This document shows, piece after piece, positions 10,767-22,431 of a DNA stretch of 64,000 nt. Origin of the DNA: Takakia lepidozioides (Eukaryota; Plantae; Bryophyta); the NCBI GenBank assembly GCA_030704615.1, contig CM060732.1, forward strand, positions 68,076,001 to 68,140,000, read 5' to 3'. The notes under the pieces were generated by a model, which was given only the letters and a program-made list of their open reading frames with translations, searched no databases and was not told the origin of the DNA. Position 1 is the stretch's first letter, and each line of letters begins with the position of its first letter. The translations under genes were made by a program, and so were the position numbers.

Positions 10767-12390
10767 TTCACCAGTAATCCCCGCAAGAACAAACCCCATC
10801 TTCAAAGTGGTGAAAGCGGTTAGCATCTTGTACAACAATTATCTTTGAGATGAACTTGGTGGAGGTGTGGCAGTCACCACAATTTTCCAGAAAAAACTGT
10901 TTCACCAGTAATCTCAAGAACAAGAACAAACCCCATCTTCAAAGTGGTGAAAGCGGTTAGCATGCCGTACAACAATTGCGCGGCCAACAATCTTTGAAAT
11001 GAACTTGGTGGAGGTGTCGCAGTCACCACACACCCGAAGATTCTTGATGAGCCGGAGTGTACTCCTAGGGGCCGTGCTGACCAGCCCAAAACCAATGGCC
11101 AGCTTCTCACTGTGGTGGCAAAGAGAAAATTCATTTTGCTCCTCCCCCACATCATGTAATACAAAGCGTGTCAGGCACATACCCTGCCTCCTTCATCTGT
11201 CCAGACAATCTTCTCAGCTTAGCATGGATTTCCTTAATTTTGGGGTGCAATTTGTCATCTACAACAAAGGCAGCAGTGACCTAGCTCCTTTCTAGCCCCT
11301 CTGACCTTCATCATTTTTCGTACCTTTGCACTATCGTCCCACCTGCCAGCTGTAGCATAGATGTTTGATAGCAACACATAAGTCGCATCCACGAGGGCAT
11401 TGTTTAGAGTGACATTTGGTACAATACCAACTCTGACGATGTCACCATGGACCTCTTTGCCCTTTTCCAAGGCTGCCACCCTTGCACATGCATTGCAAAC
11501 ACAAAAAAACGTGATGTGGTCGGGCTTCACCTCTTCCTGCATCATTTGCTCATATGTATGCAAAGCCTCAGTCCCGCGCCCTGCTGTGCATATCCTGCAA
11601 TCATTGCGTTCCACGACACCCCATCACGTTCAGCCGTAGTGTCAAACACTCCATTTGAATCTTCAATGCTCCCACATTTGGCATACATGTCCGCAAGGGT
11701 ACTGTGCAGAATAACATCTGGTACACTTCCAGCTTTGACGATGTCACCATGGACCTCTTTGCCCTTTTCGAGAGCCACAAACAAACGTGATGCGGTCGGG
11801 CTTCACCCTTTCCCACATCATCTGCTCAATGCATCTTCAATGCTCCCACATTTGGCATACATGTCCACCAGGGTAGTGTTTAGAATGACGTCTGGTACTA
11901 TTCCAGCTTTGACGATATCACCATGGAGCTCTTTGCCCTTTTCCAAGGCTACAAGGCTCGCACACGCATTGCAAATGCAAACAGACGTGATATGGTTGGG
12001 ACTCACCCCCCGCGCATCATTTGCTCATAGGTCTCCAAAGCCTCATTCCACACCTGTGCTGTGCATATTCTACGATCATCGCGTTCCATGACACCATATT
12101 TTATTCAACTATGTTGTCGAACACTCCCTTTGCATCATTTGGCATACATGTCCACCAGGGCAGTGTTCAAAATGACGTCTGGTACTATTCCAGCTTTGAC
12201 GATATCACCATGGACCTCTTTGCCCTTTTCCAAGGCTGCAAGGCTCGCACACGCATTGCAAATGCAAACAAACGTGATATGGTTGGGCCTCACCCCCCGC
12301 ACATCATTTGCTCATAGGTCTCCAAAGCCTCCATCCCAGACCGTGTTGTGCATATTTTGCGATCATCGCGTTCCATGACACCATTCCATC
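10767..12390 (-). pseudogene. PLS-class PPR-DYW pseudogene with tandemly duplicated PLS triplets and doubled DYW tail
   Basis: About four near-identical ~300-bp PPR triplets at 11400-12390; HHSEKLA...CGDCD...CSCS*DYW* (11180-10902); second tail CGDCH...CSCGDYW* (10880-10768). Confidence 0.9.
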
Positions 12391-13371
12391 GCGTTCTATG
12401 GAATGTGAACGCCCTCGTTGCGTAGGGACGTGGTTGGAAAGCATGGAGAGAACTGCTGTACGAGGAAATGCACGACGAGGGTAGCAAAACCCTCAATTGG
12501 GGTGCCATGTATGTGACAACATGGCATACATCTGAACGTCAAGTCCTTTGCTCAGATTTGCCATTTGAAATTTGAATACCTGTCAGAATAATTTTTGAAT
12601 TATGCATAATTTCATGAATGCATGATGTATGCTTGGGATAGCATGTACTATGTTGGATGCAGGACGATGGCAGGCATGAGGGCAGGATGGGAGGCGGGAT
12701 GGGGATGCGGGAGAGGGCATGGCCAGGGCATGTGTCGAGCGGCTTTTACTCACCCATCCCTTTGCTATCCGAGGTGGGAACTCCAAGATAGAAGAGTTGG
12801 AAATCTCTAAGCACTCAGCCCGCTCAGAACAAAAGTCATGACCTACAGCAAGTGTATCATGGGGGTGTTTCCTATTTGTATTCCTTCCCGTATTCATGTT
12901 AACTAGTTACCTTACTGTTGGTATTTAAGTATCAGATTGCTTCAGCAATCTATCGGATTCCATCAACTCATCCATTCATTCCACAACTTCACTCGGATCT
13001 CTCTACACAGTGTGAGTATGAAGTATGTATCAGATTAATATCTATCAAGTATCAGGCTGAAGCCATGGAGTCTATAATCTGCTCTACATTACAACTCTAC
13101 CGCTTGCATTCGTCAAGCTTCAACAGATCGTTCTCCTCCTACTCCGTGCTCTCCCTCTTCCTACTCAGAGATGCGCTCTCCGCTTCATTTTCCCCCCAGT
13201 GATGCCAGAAGCCCCCCCCAGAAGTAGTGATCCCTCGACGTCCCCGCTCTTCGCTTTTTCTACCTACAAGCTGTTCTAACCGCTTTCCTAACTAACCGTC
13301 ATCCCTGTAGTACACGTTCATTTTTCAGATGTCGTTCCCCACCGTCGTTCCCTGCCAATGATAACTGTTCC

Positions 13372-13511
13372 CCAGCTGTGCCGAGCTGTGACTGGCTGTG
13401 ATTGGCTGTGTCGGGCTGTGTAGGGTTGTGCGAAGGTGTGGCGGCTATATCAGGCTGTGACTGGTTGTGTTGGGCTGTGTCGAGCTGTGTCGGACTGTGT
13501 CGGCTGTGTCG
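13372..13511 (+). repeat. Degenerate 10-bp tandem repeat (GCTGTGTCGG-like)
   Basis: About 13 consecutive gctgtgnnng units ending at the CACTA terminus. Confidence 0.8.
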
Positions 13512-14559
13512 CACTACTACAGAAACCGGTTTTTCCAACACCACCCATAGTTCACACCTGGCACTTTGAATGGCTCTTCTTACACCCATGTGAGACGAGG
13601 CAAGGTGTGATTTGGATCATTGTAGGAAAAGCCACATGGTGTTACAAATTTCACACTCGAATGACACCCATACGGTCAACAGATGTTGACCAAGATAATT
13701 CATATGGGGCATTTGACATGAGTGTCAAATGAGTCATGGAGTGTGAGGTGAGTGTCAGATGTCCTACAGGAATTTGGGGCAACTATATGGCGTGGCACAT
13801 TGACCATCAAGGTGGATATGACTTGGCCCATTGACCATCCAGGTGGAAGATGGATGGATAAAATGACTTCCACCTCTATTCAACATGCCCTGGACGACAT
13901 AACACATAGACTTTTGTTTAGGGAATTTAAGAAGTTCAAAAAGGTTATTAGGGTTATGGGGACCAACAATCCAAAAAGATGCACTGCTCATGCAGCTGAC
14001 GACAATATCGTTATGAGAATGTCACACTATAATGAACAATGTAAAACAATTGCTTTGAGAAGCTATAGATAAAACTACCACATGTCGTCTCAGAGATTTG
14101 GGAGCCCGGCAATGTCAATCCCATTTCTGTCCAGTCAACCGTGACCCTTCACAATGAGACAGTCTAAAGCTGAGCTGAGCACGGATTTCAATCTCTACTA
14201 GTCCAACCGTACTAGAGAAATATCCAGTGATCCTCAGACAAGGTTTTCTTCGCCACCTTACATAAATTGTTCCCAATGACTCAATCCCTGTCCACATTGT
14301 TGCTAGATTCGAGAAGCTTGGACAAAGTGCCTTGCTCTTTGTGACTGCCTCCTTTTTTGAGACAGCAAGGTTTTTTTGCTATGGGTGTCCTTCACTCACA
14401 ACCGTCTTTTTTACATTGCGTCCGGGATATCAATGATCACCCCAGCCTGAATTTGCCCCACCCTATCAAGCGCCAGTGCTTTTTAACTAGTGCTTTTCAA
14501 CTCGTCTACTGAGGGCCCCACGTTCTCCCCTTCGCTGGTACATGTCAAAATCACTCCAA

Positions 14560-14880
14560 GAGCCATAGTGTTGGAAAACTGCCTTCGCATCCTTGATGCT
14601 CCCACATTTGGCATACATGTCCACGAGGGCATTGTTCAGAATCACATCAGGTAGAATTCCAGCTTTGACAATGAAGCCATGGACCTCTTCCCTTTTTCCA
14701 GAGCTTCCAGGTTTGCCCTTGATGCTCCCCACATTTGGATCACATCTGTTACAATTCCAACTTTGGTGATGCATCCAAAGCTGCCAGACTTGCACACGCA
14801 CTGCAAACGCACAATTTCGTTCAGCCATAGTGTTGAACACGCATCCTCAGTGCTCCCACATTTGCTATACATGTGTCCAC
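14560..14880 (-). pseudogene. PPR gene fragments inside the CACTA element
   Basis: MYSKCGSTEDA and VHGFIVKAGILPDVILNNALVDMYAKCGSIKDAKAVF; another piece at 15623-15722 (VFNTMAEQDVVSWSTMLAG). Confidence 0.85.
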
Positions 14881-14881
14881 C

Positions 14882-16597
14882 ACCAGCTAACTTGCAGAAT
14901 TCAACATGGAAATTTAGGGCCGATTCTAATAAGAGGGAAAAACAGGGTGAAATGTGTTGAAGAAGGTGCCCTCATCGCCTGATTTTACCAATTGTGCCGC
15001 TGCTGCTGCGGCTTCCAGTTGACCATCTACCCATGCAGGTTTCTTGTAGCTATTCTCCCACAAGGAATCATAGGCAATGTTGTGCTTGAAATGTGGCCCT
15101 CACCGATGAATCTGGACCCACACTCTATCCCTGCTCCTTCAGCTATCCATGCCTCTCACAAATCATGCATACATCCTTGCCTTGCTGGTAGCAGCTGACA
15201 ATAACAGCCTACATTTGTTCTAGGAAACACCCAACTCAACTTCTCACACTAGTTCATATGCTCAATTGCATCTGCTACTCTCTGTAATCCAACAGACATT
15301 CACCTTTTTGCCACAATTGGGCCACCATTGATTAGGGTCAGAAAAGTATTCATGCCACAACTTCATGACTGTTTAGGGTTCACTGTCACAAATGAAAGTG
15401 TGTTTGTCAGAATTCTGCCCACCCCAACAGCTCAGTCACTCCCACCCATGTAAGGTACCATGCTGTATCAAGTATAAACCCTGGAAAAGTACATGCAATA
15501 GCAGAAACCAACTCTACACCATAGCACAACTGGCTTGGTACCTCCCATGTGGAGCTTGCCTCCGCCTTCTACCATTTCGCCTCTGCCTTGCAGGTGCATT
15601 CAAGTTGGCAATGGCCAATTCAGCAATTCAAAGGCTCCATCCCACTTCACTGCTGTGCACATCCTGCAAGCATCGTGCTCCACGACACCACATCTTGTTC
15701 AGCCATGGTGTTGAACACTCCCTAAACTTGACCAAATCAGAAAAGTATTCATTCCACACCTTCTCCTCATCTCTTGTACCTGTTTCTGGATACTTTCATG
15801 TTGTCACATTGGCAGTATCATGTCAAAGTCACTCCAATCTATCAAAGATTCAGTCAACCAGCTAACTTGCATAATTCAACATGGAAATTTAGGGCCGATT
15901 GTGATAAGGGGGAAAAACAGGCTGAAATGTGTTGAAGAAGGTGCCCTCATCGCCTGATTTTACCAATTGTGCCGCTGCTGCTGCGGCTTCCAGTTGACCA
16001 TCTACCCATGCAGGTTTCTTGTACCAATCCTTCCACAAGGAATCATAGGCAATGTTGTGCTTGAAATGTGGCCCTCTTGGATGAATCTGGACCCACACTC
16101 TATCCCTGCTCCTTCAGCTATCCATGCCTCTCACAAATCATGCATACATCTTTGCCTTGCTGGTAGCAACTGACAATAACAGCTTACATTTGTTCAAGGA
16201 AACACCCAACTCAACTTCTCACACTAGTTCCTATGCTCAATTGCATCTGCTACTCTCTATAATCCAACATGCATTCACATTTTTCCCACAATTGGGCCAC
16301 CATTGATTAGGGTCAGAAAAGTATTCATGCCACAGCTTCATGACTGTTTAGGGTTCACTGTCACAAATGAAAGTGTGTTTGTCAGAATTCTGCCCACCCC
16401 AACAGCTCAGTCACTCCCACCCATGGAAGGTACCATGTTGTATCAAGTCTAAACCCTGGAAAAGTACATGCAATAGCAGAAACCAACTCTACACCATAGC
16501 ACAACTGGCTTGGTACCTCCCATGTGGAGCTTGCCTCTGCCTTCTACCATTTCGCCTCTGCCTTGCAGGTGCATTCAAGTTGGCAATGGCCAATTCA
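14882..16597. repeat. Direct duplication of a ~740-bp CACTA internal segment (14882-15622 and 15857-16597)
   Basis: Two copies 975 bp apart, roughly 95% identical by eye; contain the transposase 3' end and a decayed downstream ORF (WWPNCGKNVNACW, YDSLWKDW). Confidence 0.92.
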
Positions 16598-17748
16598 TCT
16601 GCCTCACTCAAAGGAACACAAACAGCAAGCTCAGTCATGATGTTATGAGGAATTTCAGGAGGCACCATGCCTACATAAATGTCTCCCTCACCCAGTGCCA
16701 CTTCTGTAATATCGTGAACCACTCGTCGGGATCGAGGGTCCTTGTGAAGGACCACCTTCCAGTTCCCTCGTGAACTTTTTTCATCCGAGAAAAAAACTTG
16801 CTCCACCTGACTAGGGAATGTCCAGGGCTGCTCCATCCCAGGCAACATGCGACTGAAGTCAACCAAGAGAAAGCCATAATCATCTCGTTTCATGGTGGCA
16901 TTCCGGCCCACCATGTGTGACCTCACCCATGTACACAAGAACAGAATTGGGTGAAGAATTCCGTAATCCAGTTGAATTATTTCTCTTACAACACCCACAT
17001 ATTCCAATTGGGATAACACTCGTCTGGACATACCTGCTCTGTTTTCGCTTTCCTGATGGAATACTTGAGCAACTCCAGAATCAAATGTCACCCTGTCTCT
17101 GGCGCCAGTCCCATCACTTATTGCTCGAAAGTGATTGCCGTAAGCATACATGGACTTGAAGCCCAATGACTGTACTGCTGGTGGTATACATAAATGGCAT
17201 ATGTCCAAATCATAGGACTCACCTGAACTCACCTTGCGTTGGAAAGCACCTTCAATCCATTCATGGAATGGAGCCAGTAAGCGCATATCTGTTGGGTATG
17301 GAATTTCTCCATTGTGGTGGTCTTGGTCTTGTCCACAAAGGTATGCTGTTCTGAACTCAGTGCGGGATGCTTCTATGAGTGCCATCTCCTCTTCATAGGC
17401 CCTGTCCAAATGAGAATTGCAAATTAGGATTACAGCTTATACCATTGGCAGAAATGAAACACACGGGATATGATAAGCAACATACTTACTCAAGGAATGG
17501 TTTCACGCAATCTGTGTTGTGCAAAATATACTCGTGTGCACTGTCTCGTTCTTGAATGGTGAGGACTCGTACAGTTCCCAATCCTTCAACCACCTCCCCA
17601 CTAACCGAGTCTTCTTCATTGGAGTCCCACACCCTTCGGCTTGTAGCATGAAATTCAGCCATATACTCAGTTAGAAACCCTAGGGCCTCATCCAAAGCAT
17701 ACCCTTCCACCATGCTCCCTTCAGGTCGGCTCATATTCCTTACATAGC

Positions 17749-20137
17749 TGTAGTGTGAATGCAGGGGGTAAAAATTCAAGTTTTTGTTTGGCATCAGGTT
17801 TCGGCACTACTACAAAGGGAGTGCCCTTCGTGCTAATGAAGGGGAGGAATTGTCCATAACTTGAGGTAATTCCATGGAAAGACTATGCTATTGATCTGCC
17901 AAGAACAAAATATGGCTAAGTTATGACATGCACCTTTTTCATCCCTAGGATGAATGATTTTCATCCATGATGTTGAACCCTAGAAGCAGGATGTGAAATT
18001 CGAAGGGGAAGAGTGCGTGTATCTTTTCGCAGCTGCTGCAGTGGTGTTGGCAGCATAGGGTATCTAAGAAAGCTCCGCCTACGCAAAGGGTATCAGCTTG
18101 CTTTTAAGAGAAACGTTAAGAGCTCCTGCTTGGCTTTCTGTGCAAGAAGAAGCGGTGCCGCCTTCTTCGTAAGCAATGATCAAACCTGAGGGATCAGGTT
18201 TGTGATAAGGGCGGTGCACCACTGCTGTCGCCATTGTCTTGATGAGCACATTAATGAGGAGATGGAGCGGCTCAGCAGGTGTTGGGGGATGAGAAATGCA
18301 GGCTGGTGTGTATAGCACCTCAGGTTGTCTGTGATCAAATCTTGTAGCTGCTGTCTGTTTTTGAGCTTTAGGACCAGATCACTTTGTAAGGGAAGAGTGT
18401 AAGCATCTTTTCGCAGCTGCTGCAGTGGTGTTGGCAGTACAACATATCTTAGGAAGTTCCACCTGCGCAAAGGGAATCAGCTTGCCTTAAAGAGCGACGT
18501 TAAGGGATCTGGCTTGGCATTCTGTGCAAGAGGAAGCGGTGCCGCCTTCTGGTGTGTATGGCGCTTAAGCTATCTATAATTAAGTTTTGTATCTGCTCTC
18601 TGTCTTAAGGGCTGTAGGACCAGATCACTTCATAGGGAAGAAATGCACATGTGAAGGATAGGGTAGAGGTTGGCAGGCACAAGGATGTGCCAGCAGCTGA
18701 AGCAGAGCCGTCATGCCTTAATGAGGACTGGAATCACGATAAGAAGAAACGTCGGAAATGGCTGACGAGGGAGAGGACAAGGTGCCTTCTTGACAGGCAG
18801 ACCCACCGCTTCAATGAGTATAAGACAGATAAGTTTGAAGAGTGGCTCCCCCTTTTTTTTTGGTGACTTAGAAATCGCTTTGTGAAGTTTGGACTGTCTC
18901 TTGTATGTAGTAAGAGACACTGACATGTGAGGAAGAAAAAGAGCTTTGGAAATGGAATGAAGACACTGGACTTCAAACCAGGATGGACTGGAGATGGATG
19001 CACCTGCTGTTACATTGTATAGTAGGAAAAATGAATGGAAACAGGGTTGATTCGTTGCTGGGACAGAATGGTTGCTGCTGTTGTATTCTTGTTCTTTGTT
19101 TCAGCGTCATGAGCTTGTACAAACAATCTAGCCTGGGATGTTGACACATTGCAGTCAATGTGGAACTAGCTTAGTAGGTAGAGGAAACCAGTGAGAGTTA
19201 GATAGAACTGTTTGGAAACAACAAGAAGGGATGATGTGGATGGGGCAGAAAAACCAACATCTGTTTGGGTTTGGATCTGATTCTCAGGGTGCTCTCAGCA
19301 TGTGAACCACTGAGGTTCACAGTTGATGGGAAAAAGAGAGCTGTCAGGGTGTGTAAATTGAGACCTGTAGAAGGGTTGAGAGCTGTCTTGGGCAAATGGC
19401 TACACCTGGGAAAAGTGGAGTGTGAAGCATCTGTCATTGGCAAGAGAGGGACTGATAAAAGGGCTGATTATATCTTGTGTGACCAAGGTTGATTCCAATG
19501 CTGGGTGCACTGGATGCTTGGCTGAATGCGCATTGCATTGCATCATAGACATGCTACAGTGGAAAGAGTGAGGAACCTACTCACCCTGAAAGAAAGAGAG
19601 AGGGAGAGAGAAAAGGACATAAGGGAGAGAGCTGACCAGCAAGAGGGGATGGTGAGGAATGGATGATTGGGGAGGTAAGATAAAGAAAGCATGAACCCAT
19701 GAAGGGCCAAACTGGTGGGCCTGCAACTCATGGCAGATCTGAGTTGCCTCCTTTTAAATCGTGATCTTATTACAAAGGGGCTTCCACGTGTTGCTGACCA
19801 AGGGAGCTGCCCACAAGGGCAGTGGTCATCACTGACGTAGGGCTGGTTGCATCACTGAAGACAGCATGGTAACATGGCTGGTGCAGTGTACCAGGGAGAG
19901 GATGTCGTGTAGAAGTAGAACCACGGGTGAAAACAATACAGACTCCCCATCCATGTCTTCTCTTCCGCTGCGGCGTGGATGAGGATTGTGTGAACTCTGA
20001 TCATGAAGGACCTGAGGGAAACCCACACCGAGTGACGATGGTTGGATCACTGAGAGGAGAGCTCCTTTCCTTCCCTCCAATTGACCTGGGGAGGAGCACA
20101 ACTAGACTTGCACAGAAGGGGATTCACGCCCCTTTTT
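17749..20137 (+). repeat. 5' LTR (~2.39 kb), lacks terminal CACACTACA
   Basis: About 99% identical to 26726-29110 (about 20 differences counted by eye); internal ~384-bp duplication (18021/18405). Confidence 0.95.
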
Positions 20138-20149
20138 TGGTATCAGAGC
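20138..20149 (+). promoter_or_regulatory. Primer binding site, tRNA-iMet
   Basis: TGGTATCAGAGC directly after the 5' LTR. Confidence 0.92.
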
Positions 20150-20206
20150 TGATGTTAAATCTTGATTTCTACTAGCTAGGGATCTTGACTGGTATTGGAT
20201 GGTTTG

Positions 20207-20518
20207 ATGGCAGGAAGAGACCACACACTGATTCCTGATGAACCAAGCATTGGAGATGTGCTGATTTGCTTCAGCAGACGCACACCAAATGCACACGCAG
20301 ACCCTTGTTTGTACTTCTTCAACCCTGCTTGGAGAATAGCGAATGGTGATTTATGTCTTAGAGTGATACATACTGGTGGAAGAACAACCATAGCACTTTG
20401 GATAAGAGAGTTAGGAAGGTGGGTGAAGATAAATACCATGGCACGAGAGGTGACATGGGGAGGTAGAGTAGAGATGTTGCGAAATGGACAGTGGGAGTGG
20501 TATAGAGGTCAACATTAA
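20207..20518 (+). CDS. Possible extra 103-aa ORF between PBS and gag
   Basis: Open frame fills most of the leader; Trp/Arg-rich; no recognised motif. Confidence 0.3.
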   Translation: MAGRDHTLIPDEPSIGDVLICFSRRTPNAHADPCLYFFNPAWRIANGDLCLRVIHTGGRTTIALWIRELGRWVKINTMAREVTWGGRVEMLRNGQWEWYRGQH

Positions 20519-20589
20519 GGGAGTTGCGGGAAAATTAGAGTCAGAATTAGGTGTTGAAACAGTTTGAACTTTGACTAGAGAATAGAAGG

Positions 20590-22431
20590 ATGACCAGTCC
20601 AACCAGCATAGATGCGCCTTATCATGGTAGGAATAGTGAGGATGTAAATGACTGGCTGGAGAGAATTCAGATGGAGGCAGATGTCAGGGATTTGAATGAG
20701 GACAAAACTTTCAAGGTAGCAAGGCTCAACCTGAGAGCCAAGGCTGATGAATGGTACCGTAAACAAAACCCTAGACCAAACAACTGGGTGGACTTCAGGG
20801 CAGCAATTTCAGCCAAGTTTGGTATCGTTGACTTGGCAGAAATTAGGCTAAGAATGGATACCATTAAACAGGAGAGTAGACAAAGGGTTCAAACATACTT
20901 CGATAGGTTGAACCGGTTATTTATAAGAAGTGGGGCGTCTGATTTGGAACAGAGGCGTAGATTTGCAGCAGGTTTGAGACCAGAAATAGCAAGAGTAATG
21001 CTGGGCAGGCGCTTCCTTGATGTAGAGGAAGCACTTGACACAGCCATTGAGATTGAAAGGGGCCTGGGAAAGTTAGGGGAAATACCTCTAGAGCCATTGG
21101 AAGGAGATGATACAGATGAGTCAGTTGTGTTTGTTAACCCTGTGGACAGAAGACTTGATCAGCTGAACACTACCCTACAGAAGTACTTTGATAGGGGACC
21201 AGTCATAGGAGAAAGCTCGGGATCTAGAACACCACCTCGTGTTCGCCTTTGTAATGTTTGTCACAAAGAAGGTCACATAGCTGCATATTGTCCTGAAGGA
21301 AGAACCCCAGCTAAGTGTGACAAATGTCACCGGTTCGGGCATTCCACGGAAATGTGTGGTGTGAGATGCAACTTTTGCAAGCTACTCGGGCATACAGAGA
21401 GTGAGTGCAGTAGAAAACTCGACCAAACTATGATGGGAACTCCGGGAACTAACTTTGTAGACGTGTTCTATGATGATGAGGATGATGTACTCGCAGAGAT
21501 GACAGATCTGATGTCACGAAATAGTATCAATGAAGTCAGACTTCCAAGGACACGCATACCTGTCCAGAGTCCGATTGTTGAACCTACAGGGTCACCAGAA
21601 AGGAATAGTGAGAGCAGTGAACAGCCAAGCAAGACCAAGAGTGAAATCTACCCAAAGAACAATTTCAAGAATGCTATAGAAGGAGGTACGAAATCCAGAA
21701 TCTTGAACCACTTCTACAAAGGGAGAATATCGTTGTCGCCCATGGACCTGATCATGACTGTGCCCGGAGAGCTAGACAAATTGAAAGGGCTGGTCAAAGT
21801 GGTGGAAAGAGCAATGGTCCAACAAAGGGAGACAACTCACAGTGTAGAAGTTGTGAAGGATGTACCAAGGCCTTTGTACTCAGCACACGCTGAGCCCACG
21901 ATCTCGTATGCTTATACTGGTAAGGTTAAAGCGCTTCATGTAATGATTACAATGGGAGATTACCAAGTATTAGGCCAGATTGACACTGGTGCCATGCTTT
22001 CTGTAATATCAGCTAGTACAGTCAGGGATCTTGGTTTGATGGGATCTGTCATTACTAGTAAGGATGTGAATTACAGAGTAGCCTCAGGTGCTCTTGAGAC
22101 TGCAATGGGCAGACTTGAGGACATCAAGGTCAAAGTAGGAGAACTGACCAATCGTTTGTCCTTTATGGTGGTGAACACGGATACATATCACATGCTGCTG
22201 GGATTAGACTTTCTCAAAAAGTTTGGCGCTGTAGTGGACACCGAAGCTGAAACAATTCGCGTACGCTATGGGCCAGGAAAGGATTTTGCTCACTTCCCTT
22301 TGCACACCATCAATTATAATGAGCCTGCAGTTACCAAAACAGCCTACCATAGAGGGGTCGAGAGTAGAATGAGATATGCAAGCAGTACGTCAGCAGGTAA
22401 TGTCCTAACCCTGACGTCAGATGAACAGTAG
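20590..22431 (+). CDS. gag: Gag plus aspartic protease
   Basis: Retrotransposon capsid-like region, three CCHC knuckles (CNVCHKEGHIAAYC, CDKCHRFGHSTEMC, CNFCKLLGHTESEC), protease IDTGA...LLGLDFL. Confidence 0.93.
   Translation: MTSPTSIDAPYHGRNSEDVNDWLERIQMEADVRDLNEDKTFKVARLNLRAKADEWYRKQNPRPNNWVDFRAAISAKFGIVDLAEIRLRMDTIKQESRQRVQTYFDRLNRLFIRSGASDLEQRRRFAAGLRPEIARVMLGRRFLDVEEALDTAIEIERGLGKLGEIPLEPLEGDDTDESVVFVNPVDRRLDQLNTTLQKYFDRGPVIGESSGSRTPPRVRLCNVCHKEGHIAAYCPEGRTPAKCDKCHRFGHSTEMCGVRCNFCKLLGHTESECSRKLDQTMMGTPGTNFVDVFYDDEDDVLAEMTDLMSRNSINEVRLPRTRIPVQSPIVEPTGSPERNSESSEQPSKTKSEIYPKNNFKNAIEGGTKSRILNHFYKGRISLSPMDLIMTVPGELDKLKGLVKVVERAMVQQRETTHSVEVVKDVPRPLYSAHAEPTISYAYTGKVKALHVMITMGDYQVLGQIDTGAMLSVISASTVRDLGLMGSVITSKDVNYRVASGALETAMGRLEDIKVKVGELTNRLSFMVVNTDTYHMLLGLDFLKKFGAVVDTEAETIRVRYGPGKDFAHFPLHTINYNEPAVTKTAYHRGVESRMRYASSTSAGNVLTLTSDEQ

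Noticed and set aside
12400-13370. Possible LTR fragment truncating the PPR gene
   Set aside because: No partner LTR, PBS or TSD could be identified
17805-17816. CACTACTACAAA inside both Gypsy LTRs, resembling a CACTA terminus
   Set aside because: No matching inverted end or 3-bp TSD; it is part of the LTR in both copies
18079-20175. ORFs within the LTRs, duplicated at 27056-29129
   Set aside because: Short, motif-free, and repeated only because the LTRs are
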